64,000 bases of DNA from contig NC_087447.1 in NCBI RefSeq assembly GCF_036321535.1, positions 43,898,001-43,962,000 of the forward strand. The letters are read 5' to 3'. Under the pieces are notes generated by a model. That model was not told the origin of the DNA and did not search any database. It saw nothing but the letters and a program-made list of their open reading frames with translations. The position numbers and the translations under genes were made by a program. Position 1 is the first letter of the stretch, and the number at the start of each line of letters is the position of its first letter. Positions 14,105 through 26,400 of this stretch are shown one piece after another. The stretch comes from Camelus dromedarius (Eukaryota).

Positions 14105-14330
14105 TGTAGTGGTACTGGAGGAGGCTCCTATTAGCTGGCACCGGTTTGCCAGAGCCAATGTAAGCATCTTTCACCAACTCCATCTTAAGTGATGTCACAT
14201 TGGTAGCTTGAAATCAGCCCTGCTGGGAGTATTTACACCACAGAAACACGCAAATGCTACAAATCAGGTCTCCTTCTTATTCTCCACTCCCAGTCAGTTG
14301 TTAACACATCTACCAGGAAACCGCTGGATG
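14105..14330. mobile_element. MER63-like hAT (Blackjack) non-autonomous DNA transposon
   Basis: Resembles the recalled MER63 consensus. Shares an internal block (gtgatgtcacattggtagcttgaaatcagcc...gggagtatttacaccac...aaatcagg) with the element at 56160-57050. Confidence 0.6.
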
Positions 14331-15134
14331 TGACAAAGCCATAGAATCATATGATAACAACTTGGGCCTCATGGTGTAATGGAATGAAACAGGATTAAAT
14401 TAACAAACTTCCTCAGTCCCAGAGAATGCCTGACCCGTTTGCATTCAACTGTGAGGAGCAAGCATCCTGGGCTTCCCTGAATACTTTTTCCTTCCCCTGA
14501 GTGGTTCCAGGGATCCACATTTATCAGGTCTAGAAATGGTCCCAGGGTCCCGGCAGACAGAACAGGGAAATTCCTAAATCAGCCACTGCAATATATTGGA
14601 CTTTGCAACCATTCACAAAGTTCAATTTTGGTGGAAATGTAAGGTTTAAAATCCGTAAGATTAAAAGAGAGTCTATCCCACAAAAAATACACTATACTAT
14701 TACTGACTGATCTGGCTTCAATAGTTGAGTGGTTTAATTAAGCTATCGTTTTTACACTCAATAACTGACTTTTTATTCCTTCTCAGGAAGGTGTGAGGAT
14801 TAATTTTTATTTGACTGCTAACATTTATAAAACTTATAATCTCCTTAGAGAAATAAAATACAACAGCAATAAAAAAAAATTAGTCAATGGATTCAGCTCC
14901 ATATAACGTCTCCTGACCAATCCAGCCCCCAGAGCCTCACCAAATTAGCTCCTAGTGAGGAACTTCATTTCATTCAGCAAGGGCTTATTCATTATCACTT
15001 CTAGACACAATTCTACAGGCTAGGCACACAGTAGTGAACAAGCTGGTAAGGTCTTTGCACTCACAGAATTGTCTAACAGAAAAGAAAGAAAATTCAACAA
15101 ATACATAAAAGAAAGTACAGTGACAAGAAAAAAA

Positions 15135-15290
15135 AAATTTGTAACTATGTATGGTGACGGATGCCAACTAGACCTATTCTGCTGATCATTTTGACATATA
15201 TACAAATATTGAATCATGATGTTGTGCACCTGAAACTGAGATGTCATTTGTCAATTATATTTCAATTAGAAAAAATTTAAATAAAACATA
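15135..15290 (+). mobile_element. L1 3' terminal fragment inserted in an antisense L2
   Basis: tgtaactatgtatggtgacggatg...tgcacctgaaact...gtcaattatatttcaattagaaaaa. The flanks (ttcattcattc...ctaggcac) are L2-like. Confidence 0.7.
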
Positions 15291-17667
15291 TACATCATTC
15301 ATGTAATAACAATAACATAAGAATAAATAAACTTGCATTTTCAAAGTCTTAGATATATGACAAAAAAGACATGACGAGTAGGGATAGAAGTAAAGAGTAC
15401 CATAGACGCATAAACCAGAAAAACCTATCCGAGCCCAGGGTTCATGTAAGAGTTCTCCAAGGAAGTGGCATTTAGCCTGGGATCTAAAAGCTTAGTAAAA
15501 GTTAACCAGGGACAGAGGGGAAAGAAAAGTAAACCAGCATACACGATAATTCTGAGACACCTTTTCATGAACAGACTGAAACGGCTATGAAAAACTTTTC
15601 TTCTACGTCCTATTTGACCACCGTTCAGCTGTGTGACCCTGGCTGAATCTCTGAATGGCCTGCCACCTTAGCTGTATGTGTTAAATGAGGATTTTAGATT
15701 ACAGCACCTCTTAGGGCTCTTTCTGGCTATTTGACTGCAAGGCATTTAACATATATTATTATTTATGTGAATAACTAATAGTTATCTATACACATAGATC
15801 ATTATTTAGTTAGTACAAGTAAAAACTGCTCTTTTTGAACAGGCTTTGAGCAATTTGGCACACGCTGTTTCCAATACAGGGTGGATGTTCACAGAAACTC
15901 CTCCAAGTAAAAATACTAGATTACAAAATCCTTTTTAACGCAGAGCAGAGCTGATAGGACAGAAATGGAATTTTTTAGTGCCAGAAACAATGAAAAAGTG
16001 TGAATCTGCAGAGGGAAGTAAGCCGTGCAGTTGGAGCATGAAAGGAGGTAAATGTGAATCTCTGGCAGCTTAGTGCCTGCGTTTTCGAGGACTGTGGGAG
16101 AATCCAGAATAATGCTGGCGTCTTAAAGACTGAGGATTACATCCTTAAAGGATAAACAAAACAGAAGTTCTGCCTTAAAGAAGTAGACATTGGAAATACA
16201 TCCTGTCTTGGACTTAATTTAGGTAAAGCAAAAACTACCCGGCCAGTTTCTAACCATTAATACAAGCCTGTATTTACACAGCTGGAGTCTATATTCACCC
16301 TACCTCTGTCGTCCAAAACCCTCAAGCTCAAAATTTAGTTTAAAGTGATTCCGTGTTGGTAGTTCACCTAGTTACCTGGTAAAAGCAACCACAAATGATC
16401 TCTGAAGGAATGCACTTTAAACCCAAACTTGCAAGTTTCTACTGATAAAGCTCTAAGCTAGATGAGCTCACCATCACAAATAGCTAAACCCAAGAGACAA
16501 CAGGGCATGACGAGTTAATGGAAATGCCAAACAAAAGAATCAGATTTATTCTTAATAATCTGCATTATTATTCTTAATAATCTTTGCATTAATTTATGTA
16601 AAGATTATAGCTATTGGAATTATGAGCAACAGAATATAAAAATAACTATGTAGAAAATGGTAAAAGAAATAAAAAGAGAAAATTGAAATTATGTTAAAAA
16701 AAGATTATCAAGTATATTAGGCCAATCTGAAAATGCAGCAAATAATGCTCTACAAATGGAAAGAAGTAAATGGCTGAAAATTTTCCAGAACTCATGAAAG
16801 GAAACAATCTCAGATTCAAGAAACCCAATAAATCTCAGTCAGGATATATAAAAAAAGAAACGCTCACTTAGCAATGTTAAACTACAGGACACTAACCAGG
16901 AAAGCAAGATCTTGAGAGGAGTAAGAAAGAAAGAAAAAATTACATTGAAAGGAATTAATATTAGACTAAATGTTGACTTCTCTAAAGCATCTGAAGGTCA
17001 GAAAACTATGGAATGATAACTTTACAATGCCAAAATCAGAGTAACTGAGAGTTTTATGTCCGTCCTCCCATTTTTATACCCAGAAAAACGATCTTCTAAG
17101 AACAGAAGCAAAATAAAGATATATTTGGGACTATGGCTTTCAGGTGAAGGTTACTGCCAGGCTATACTCCAAGGAAAGCATCTTGGGGAATAAATATCCC
17201 AACCTCACTCTCCCCCTCTTCCTTATTTTGTGAAACGAATCAGAAGCCAGAGACTAACGGAGCTCTTTTCAGTTTGAAGAAAAACAAAAATCCCAAAGCC
17301 TCCAGGAGCATGGAGTAGGAACAAATGGAAGGCATCCAAAATAATTCTCCCGACTAATTTTATAAATCAAAAATTACCTTGATTCCAACCCAGATAACGG
17401 CCATCCAAGAAGGTAAATTACGTGTACCACGCATGAGCATAGATGTAAAGTATCAGCAATGCATAAAGCAGGCGATATACTAAGGCCAGTCTGGACCATA
17501 CTAAGAATATAAGATTGGCTAAAATTTTTTAAAAAAATCAATGCTATTGACCAAAGTAGCAGATTAAAGTGAAAAAGATCCCACAAGATCATAGTATTTG
17601 ATAAAATGAATGATCTTCGTCACTTTTCTGACCTTTTCTGACCTTTGTGATAAAAAGGCTTAGTCAA

Positions 17668-18359
17668 AGGGAACCCTTAGACACCGATGGTGGGAAGGTA
17701 AATTGGTGCAGCCACTATAGAAGACAGTATGGAGCGTCCTTTAAAAAACTAAAAATAGAGCTATCATATGATCCAGCAATCTCATTCCTGGATATATATC
17801 TGGACACAAAAAGGAAAACTCTAATTTGAAAAGATACATATATCCTGATGTTCAGAGCAGCACTATCTACAATAGCTAAGATACGGAAACAATCTAAGTG
17901 CCCATCAACAGAAAACTGGCTTAAGAAGATACGTTATTACTATTCAAACAGAAAAAAGAATGAAATATTGCCATTTGCAGCAACCAGAATGGACCTAGAG
18001 AATATTATACTTAGTGAAGTAAGTCATATACTTCAAATACTATATGATATCACTTATATGTGAAATCTAAAAAGTAATACAAATCAATCTATATACACAA
18101 CAGAAACATACTCACAGACAGAAAATAAATTATGGTTACCAAGGGGGGGGGTAGGGACAAATTAGGATTATGGGCTTAATAGATACAAACACTATACATC
18201 AAATAGACAAACAGCAATAGCATAGTATAGCACAGGGAATTATATTCAGTATCTTATAATAACCTATAATGGAATATAATGAGAAAAAAAGAACTGAATT
18301 GCTATGCTGTACACCTGAAACTAACACAATATTGTATGTCAATTATACTTCAATTTAAA
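17668..18359 (+). mobile_element. 5'-truncated L1 (ORF2 C-terminus + 3' UTR) with 16-bp TSD
   Basis: Perfect TSD aaaaaggcttagtcaa at 17652-67 and 18360-75. Relic ORF2 peptides KLKIELSYDPAI, KQSKCPST and ILPFAATRMDLENIILSE, then a short A tail. Confidence 0.92.
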
Positions 18360-19279
18360 AAAAAGGCTTAGTCAACTAGGAATACAGGGATATATGTTTA
18401 ATATAATAAAGACATCCACACTACATCTATAGCAAAATCATACTCAATGGAAACGTTAGAGACATTCCATTTAAAAGAAGGAACAAATCAAGATGACAAG
18501 TACCATAAGTATTTTTCAGCATTATATGGGAAATCCTAATCTGTGCACAAATTAAAAATAAAAGGCATACAGATTAGAAAGAAACAAATACAACTATCAT
18601 AATTCACATGACTGATTATTGACAAAGAAAATTCAGAAGAGTCTACAAATTATAAGAGAAGTAAGAATTTTTTACAAAATTGCCAAATAGAAGATAAATA
18701 CACGAAATTTTTACTGTATCGCTATATAGCACCAATAGTTAGAAAATGCAATTTTAGAAAAGATACTATTTAAAATAACAAAAATAAGGTACTTATCAAT
18801 AAAACTAACAAAAGATATGCAAGACATCCTCATGTAGAAAATTATAAGCGTTGAGTGAAAGACTTTAAAGGAGAACTAAATAGATACACTATGATCATGA
18901 ATAGAAGACTTAATATCACAAAAGATGTAAAATTTCCCTAAATTTATCTATAGACTTCATAGAAATCCAAACAAATCCTGGAAAGAAATTTTAATTTGAC
19001 AATCTGATTCTAACACTTATGAGAAAGGTCAAGTATCAGCTAAGACTGAACTGAAGAAAAAGCAGGCTAGATGGTCTGCTCTTCCAAATGTTAAAGGTAA
19101 TTATAAAGGATAGTAATTTGCAAATTGCGCTATTGGTAGAAATAGTCAAATAGAACAACAGAAAAGAGAATCCAGAAACAGATTCCTCAGATATAGCAAC
19201 CTATACAGCAATTCACTGCAGATTACTGTGAAAATATGCTGGAAAACTAGTTATCCATAAAGAAAAAGAAGTATGGATG

Positions 19280-19644
19280 TCTTATAGACTGAATGTTTGT
19301 GTCTTTCCAAAATTCCTATGTTGAAGCCCTAACCCATAGTGTGATGCTACTTGGAGGTGGGTCCTCTGGGAGGTAATTCGGTTTAAATGAGGTCAGGAGG
19401 GTGAGGCCCCCATGATGAGATTATCGTCCTTACAAGAGGAAGGGAGACCAGAGGTTGCTCTCTTCACCACGTGAGGACACATTAAGAAGACAGCTATCTG
19501 CAAGCCAGGAAGAGGGCTCTCACTGGGAACCAGATCTGCTTGCACCTTGATCTTGCACTTCTCAGCCTCCAAAACTGGGAGAAATAAATTCCTGTTTTAG
19601 CTATCTAGCCTATGTATTTTGTTATCGTAGCTTGAGCTAATACA
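19280..19644 (+). mobile_element. MaLR solo LTR (MLT1A-like) with 5-bp TSD GGATG
   Basis: tatagactgaatgtttgtgtc...aaattcctatgttgaagccctaacc...agaaataaattcctgtt...ctaataca. GGATG at 19275-79 and 19645-49. Confidence 0.88.
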
Positions 19645-20181
19645 GGATGTCGATATTACATTTCACATTTCATTCTCATGGATTAAAATCAAAATTAGGA
19701 AAGGCAAAACTTTAAAATGTCTAAGAGAAAATATAGGAAAAATATCTTTATGACCTAGAGTAGGAAAGGATTTCTTAAACAAAACACAAAAGTGCTAACT
19801 TATCATAGAAAATGCTGATATATTTTACTACATTAAATACAAGAACCTCTATTGATCAAAAGACACCAAGTGAGTATAAAGACAGCCATAGATAATGTTC
19901 GTAATACACACAACCAACAAAGGAGTCACATCCAGACTGTATAAAGAACATATATGGATCAACAAGGAGAAGAGAGTAAACAAACAAAAAACAGAAAAAA
20001 GTGGTGAACAAACTTTAGCAAGAAAGGTAATATGAGTAACCAATGAACTTATCAAAAGACGGTCAACCTTGGCAGCCAAGAATATACAAATCATAAACCA
20101 TTTTATGTGCATGCACGCACACATACTAAACAGTGTGGTAACTGCAGGAGTGGGTGAGAATATAGAGCATTAGCAACTGGG

Positions 20182-20211
20182 TTAGGGCTAGGTTTGGGGT
20201 TAGGGTTAGGG
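20182..20211 (+). repeat. Short interstitial telomeric-like repeat (TTAGGG CTAGGT TTGGGG TTAGGG TTAGGG)
   Basis: Five in-register hexamers, three of them perfect TTAGGG. Confidence 0.75.
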
Positions 20212-22946
20212 TCATCCCTCACAATGGGAGGGTCAACCTGTATAGCCATGGTAGAAAGGCATTGCCTAGAAAATTTGAAAGCATGGGTACCTTACATTTA
20301 TCAGGGATACACCCTAGAGAAATTATTGCACATGTGAACCAGGAGACGTGCACCAAAAAGTTCTGCAGTATTATTCAGAATCAGAAAAAAACTAATTAAC
20401 AACCCAAATATCATCAACACAAGAAAGCTAATTTGTATACATAACACAGCAGAATTTTATACAGTAACAAAAATACATGAACCACAGCTCCATTCATCTC
20501 TATTGTTAAATGTCAAAATCACCGTGGACTGAAAAAAAGTCAAAAAAGAGCTCTGAAAAGCAGAAACAGACAAAACTGAACAATATATTGCTTTACAAAT
20601 AAAATTCAGGATAGTGATTTCCTTTTGGCAGGGACGGGCTGAGAGAATACGACGGGGGAGGGCGACCCCTGGGCCATCACCAGAGTACCTGGTGGTATTC
20701 TCCCCTTCAGCTGAGGGGTGGGCCATGTCTGTTCATTTTATTATTCCCTCATTAATCTGTATGTGTACATTACAGACGCTGTTACATACATGTTGTATTA
20801 TAAAAATGAAACCTTGGTAAATCTCAGACTTTCATTCTCAGTCTCTGTACAAAGTCCCATTCAAAAAAGTACAGTCAAAACAGCAAAATATAATAAATTT
20901 TAAATGCAATTTAAAAAAAACACCAGATTATGAAACCATCTGTAATTCCATTCTCAGGACCTCCTCTCTCCTGCTGGCTACCCAAAGACCTAGATCAAAG
21001 CTCAGAATATTTATTGTTTGCCTAGGAAACAACTGAGAATTTTGAGGCCTTATCAGTTTTCCTTCTTGATAAGTTCACATTCTACTCAACTCTATGGAAA
21101 TCCAGGATTCTCCATCAGTGGATGGAAAACTAGTCACAGGAGAGCGCTAAATGGCAGTGATCCCAGGGCTATAAGGCCTCTGCAAGCTGCCCTTCTATGC
21201 TCCCATCCCATGGGAAACTGCTCTAGGAGACCTCCCCACCAGGGATCGGCCTTACTTACATTTCTATCAGCCACCGTGCACTTGTGTTACTCTTTCCACA
21301 AAGTTTCCAGGAGGCAACTCACAGCAGGATCCCTGTTGAGATTTCTAATAACCACTCCAGCTCTTTTATGAAATGCATTAGTCACAAAATACAAAATGAT
21401 GTCACACTAGATGACATGACCAACCTCTCTCTACCAAGGCTCATCACTGATGCCGGCAGAGTCTCAGCTGATATCCAAGGGGACTTGGTAAATACTCTAG
21501 TGAGATGGTTCCTTCTTGAACCATTCGTCTTTTAGTATCAGCAGCCTGCTCGCCTTGTTTCTTTAAAGTTTATAATGCTGCCTCCTGAGTTTGGCAGTGG
21601 GGATTTGGGATACAATCCTTGCCTCCCATAGCATCTGTTTTGGGGTTTACAGATACTACAGCCTTTCAGGTTTGAAGATGTCTGTGCTTTACCCAATCAC
21701 CCAAATCACCTTAGTTTCATCACCTGGTGTTCTCTGCACCTTCTCCAGCTCCTTTTCTTTCCTCATCATTATGATAAAGGCCATTAAAACTCTATGCTAC
21801 ACTTTGCTTATCTGAGGAGCAGGACAAAGCTGGCTCTGGCATCACAAAGCTGTGAAGAGAAGGTGTCCCTTGGAAGAGCCAAAGTGTGGGTGAGTCCCTG
21901 TTCACAAAAGGGGCTGAGATGAGAGAGTATCAGTGTGGGTATCTGGTCACTGGGCAGAGATTCTGTGTGTTCTCTTCTCTTCCTGAACAGAGTGAGAGCC
22001 TTTCATGAATGGGATCCAAACTCAAGCTGGGTCATCTAAGCCGATCTAAGCTGAGTAAGGATTATGGTGCTTAGTGTCTTGGATGACTGGGCAGAGAACT
22101 ATGTTGCCCTCAGCAGATGAGCTAACAAAGTTGCCTGAGTGAATCTGGACAGAGATAAGAAACAAGTGGCCTTAAAATATTAGAGTCACCTAAGAAAGTC
22201 CAATTTTCCTTTCTGTTTCAGGACCATCAATACACCTCTGCAGGATAGTGAGAGGGATGTAAACGGAGGAAAAATATCTCCACTGCACTCTGGTGTTAAA
22301 TGTAAACATAGATATATAGCATCACTCCATAGCACTTCCACCCTTTCTCCTGAGCTCCAAATAGGATTTGACCTTGTATAGATTAGTTTTGCCAATATCT
22401 ATAGATCAGACTGACCTCCTTGTAACTCTGATTCTGTATTTTATAAAGTGGTGCCTACTCTTCTCAATCATTCTCAGTTCTGGGATTAAAGCTGAAGATC
22501 TGATCATGGGAAATGCTGCTGAGCTGACCTGAGAACATGGCAAGGGCTTAATGCTCTCAGAGAGTCAGGCAGTGGTCTCTTAGCCGCAGATTATAGTTAA
22601 AGGATGCCAGGACCCACTTAGCACAGCCAATCTAGAGAGCTCTAAAGAACATGTGGTAAAGAGGGCAGAAAATATCTAGTGTCTATTAGGGAATAGCTAA
22701 GAATTAGAAAACAGAAGAGAGACAATATTCTTTAATATTGCTTTCATGAGTAATTCTTGGAAACTGCAAAATGAATATTATGAAAGATTTGTTTATGGAA
22801 AGGTACAAGGAGGTTCGAAGCAAGAGCTCTATGGCCACTAACATGAATTTGGTACTCTGCCTCCTCCCGCAAATAAAATAAGGTGTAAACAATCTGTCTG
22901 TATGCTGACCAGTAAGCCCCCCAAAATGAAGAAATGTTAGACTCAC

Positions 22947-23493
22947 ATTGGTGACATATTCGATGTCCTTCCAAAGGATGCACTCCCTGGGGAAATCAGC
23001 CAAGTCTAAGAAGTGATCCACCACCACTTGGCCGATTAAGTCATGACGAGAGAACCTGTCAAAGTCATAGACAGAGAAGTGAAGCTTTCGGGCCGCAAGG
23101 TCATTGTAGGGAACCGGAAACAAAAACACTTCGTCAAACACAGGGTTCAGGGTCTTTCTGTGCACTTTAGTCTGGTGTTTTGTTTTCCGATCGGGAAGCA
23201 AATAAATCTTGACATAAGGATCTGAAGTCCCAGAAAAGTCCTTGGCAGGCAAATTGACAGCTTTGTGAATCTTCACTATGAGTTGCTCTAAGTCACAGTC
23301 ATATTTTAAAATGAAGTTCAGTTTCCCACACGCTTTGCTGTTACTCCTTCTTCCATCATCATTATCCAGCGACCTCTGCTTATATAACTCCGGTTTAATT
23401 CGCCCAATTCCAGTCAACTGTTCCTGTTTTTGAAGCTGTTGGATATTGAAGTCTGGGTTTGACAGGTTGAGTTGTCTTCGGACAGAATTATGC
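22947..23493 (-). CDS. SYT9: Synaptotagmin-9 coding exon 3 (linker + C2A domain)
   Basis: Translates HNSVRRQLNLSNPDFNIQ...GKLNFILKYDCDLEQLIVKIHKAVNLPAKDFSGTSDPYVKIYLLPD...YDFDRFSRHDLIGQV...WKDIEYVTN. Acceptor is ctcgttcttcactcaag|GCAT and donor is ACCAAT|gtgagt. The split codon CG|G (Arg) joins exon 2 in frame. The C2 loop Asp residues (KDFSGTSD; YDFDRFSRHD) are intact. Confidence 0.97.
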
Positions 23494-26400
23494 CTTGAGT
23501 GAAGAACGAGAGAGAACAAAGTTATAACCTCATTAGTTCCGGGTCTTTCAGAAACGTGTGCCTGGGATGTAGGTAGACTGTTACGCACTGTTAAAAGCTT
23601 AGATCTGTGGGCCTTTTTTTTTTTTTTGGCCTAAATTCAAAACGCTCATCAATGGAGTAAGCTGCACCCCAAGGCCTGAAGCCCAAAACTGAGGCCTGGC
23701 AGCAGGAAATGAACTTACTAGCATGTGACCTTGGAGCTTTAAAGGTTTAATGCACTTTCTAAACCGTCTCATGTGCCATTAAAGAAGCTTATTCAGCTGG
23801 TAGGAGGTAAAGATTTGTACAAACTGGTTTAAAAATAAAATTATTCACCTAGGTATCTAATATCCTGAAATTAAAATCATCAGCTCTGTGTTCTCTTAAG
23901 AAGAATAGATCTTTCTCTAAATTATATAGAATCCCCTGTCACTGGCTTTTAGCCTTATAAGGATGCACATTCTCACTGGTTCAAATCAAATCATTTCATC
24001 ACAGGAAAATGGTTTTCGCTCCTTTGGAAATGTACGTGGCAGGATGGGTCTGCTTGTAGTAGACTACGTTGACTCTGACAGATGCAAGGACCAGCTCGGT
24101 GACTATGCTTCTGCTGTACCACGTGGGTGATCAGGGATGAGGAGGAAAGGTTTGATTTCTGTAATAAACACTGAGGGCATAAAAATTAAAGGTAAGCTAC
24201 TATAAAGGTATATGGAGATTCAGTTAGACAAGGATGGACGCTGATATTTGCAAATTAAGTATTTGCTAACAGACTCTACTCTTCAGCCAGTAAGCTTATT
24301 GGTTTGGGTTAAAAGTTTCCCTGAAATTGTCTCAGAAACCTGCCTTATTTTGTGTGGATCTTCACCAGCTGAGAGAAGTCATCATTACATACGAAGTTGT
24401 CTTTAAGGTTAGTTTTGTTTGTTTTTGGCTCAGAGTTCAGAGCTGTTATACTGTATTTCCTGCAATCTCTTAATAACTTAATTAATACAGCCTCTCTACA
24501 CCAAGAGGCAAAAGGGAACAGTCAAGCTGTCACTAAGGGATTGGTAAATAGTTGGAGAGGCAGAGTGAACATTTGAGTTTGTCTTCTTTTCCTTTCTTAA
24601 GACTACTTTATGAAATAAAGATGTAAAAATGGGATTAACAGACCTCAAAACATGTTTGAAATTATTCTCCTTTGTCATATAGATGTTGTTAGGCTGAACA
24701 ATCCTTATCATCCTAAAATTCCCTCCTGACTGCTAATCATCCACGTGGTACAATGAGAGCACAATCACAGAGCTGTCATTCGCATCTGTCACAGCCAACA
24801 CAGTCCACCGCAAACACACCCAGGTACACACATTCCCATACGTGCAGAAACGATGTGGTCTGAAAGTGTCTGCTGTGAGATGTTAACTTTTAACAGAGAA
24901 ACCCACCACCTGAAGTTCTCTCTGTATCTTGTGATTTTTCAGGGGGAGAGGAATAGTTAGGGGATACTGTTAGGCACCTAAAACTGGCTTTCTGTGCTAG
25001 TACAGCCAGGTCAGTCCCTCATCTACATGTTGAACCTTTGTGATGCCAGAATAGAGCTTTAATCTTGCTCTATTAGGATCTCTGGGCAGAAAGGTCTGGC
25101 AGGCAGCAGCACGGAGCCAGCCCTGTGCAGAGGCCATAAGCAGCTGATACCAGCTCCTCCTTCCTCTGTTGTTGATTTTTCTTTCCAGGCTGGATTCAAA
25201 CAAGGGCCCTACTTGAGTCTGGACTCAGCTCCCACCTATGATGGGTCATTCTGGGCACTATCTAATTAGTAGTGCAGTTTAAACACTGAAAAGGCACCTT
25301 TAAGACCCACTAGATACACCTTCTCAGCACCAATGTCCACGACAGAACACTGGACCTGTGTCTACACCAGCACCAACCCCTGCCACTCTGCTCTCACTTT
25401 CCCCTAAGGTGGCTGCTGAGCAGACTCTCTGCGCATAAGAACCTATCTTTGACGTATTTGAGTCCTGGCTTTAAATTCATCCCAGCAACATTTTGTCTCA
25501 TCCCTTATCTGTAGGACTAAGCCTGCCATGTAAATTTTAATTTAAAAGATATGAACTTGGCTGCTGGGCAATGGAACATATTCTGTTTTACTTGTACATT
25601 TTCTTAGACATGAAATCTGGAGAGAAGTAAGTCCTGCTTGCTCTGCTCTTCTAACCACAATGGATTGCCAGAGGGTAGAGGGGGTGGGCTGGGGAGGGCA
25701 TTACGGAGAGATTTGTACTTCAAAGACCAAAGCAAGATCCCAGTCCCTCAGAACCCAGAGGCACAGGAGGCCTCCATTCAAAATTCCAACAGAGCTGAAG
25801 ATTCTTTTTAAAAATCAAGTACAGACATGAATATATCATCTACACAAATGTTTTTACACGACCAGTTTCATTCCCAACCCTGTTCACCTCATTCAAAATC
25901 GCACTTACTACTGGGAAACCAGTTGAAACCAACTGTAAGGTAGTGGCTTAAAGCAGATGGCAAAGACTGTAACAGCCCATCACGGTTCTCATTCCAGGAG
26001 AGAGTGGGCGATGACTGGAGCTGGGGGCAGAGAGCAGAGAAGCTCAGAGCAGCCCGAGAACCAGGGGAACTTATAGCCCCCCAGCATCCCCAACCCCGGA
26101 TCACCTCTGCAGCTCTCTGGGCTGAGAAATGAGAAAGGAGAGCAGGGAGGCCGCCCCAGGGACATGAAGGAGAAGATGAGGTAGAGGAAATGGAAAAATC
26201 AATATCCCATGGCTCCCCTAGGCTACTCAAATAGAGGCGGGAAGAAACAGCAAATCCAAAGTAGGAGAGAGGAAAGATACAAAGCAGAACATGGTGACCT
26301 GAGCTCCCCTCCCCCAGATGAGGGGTTTGGAAATGGTCAGTGGAGGTGGACCTGAGTGCTGTAAACTATAGCTCTCCAGGGTAAGGGTCTAGAATTTTAA

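Larger units (their letters stand above)
16400..20830 (+). mobile_element. Old fragmented L1M host element carrying nested insertions
   Basis: A-rich degenerate ORF1/ORF2/3' UTR motifs (aaattttccagaa; atagaagacttaatat; aggaaaggatttcttaaacaaaacacaaa). Confidence 0.7.

Noticed and set aside
22704..23588. 294-aa ORF as a single-exon gene or C2A-only isoform
   Set aside because: Similarity to SYT9 starts and stops exactly at canonical splice sites. The extensions look like intron read-through, and nothing in the sequence supports an intronic-polyadenylation isoform.
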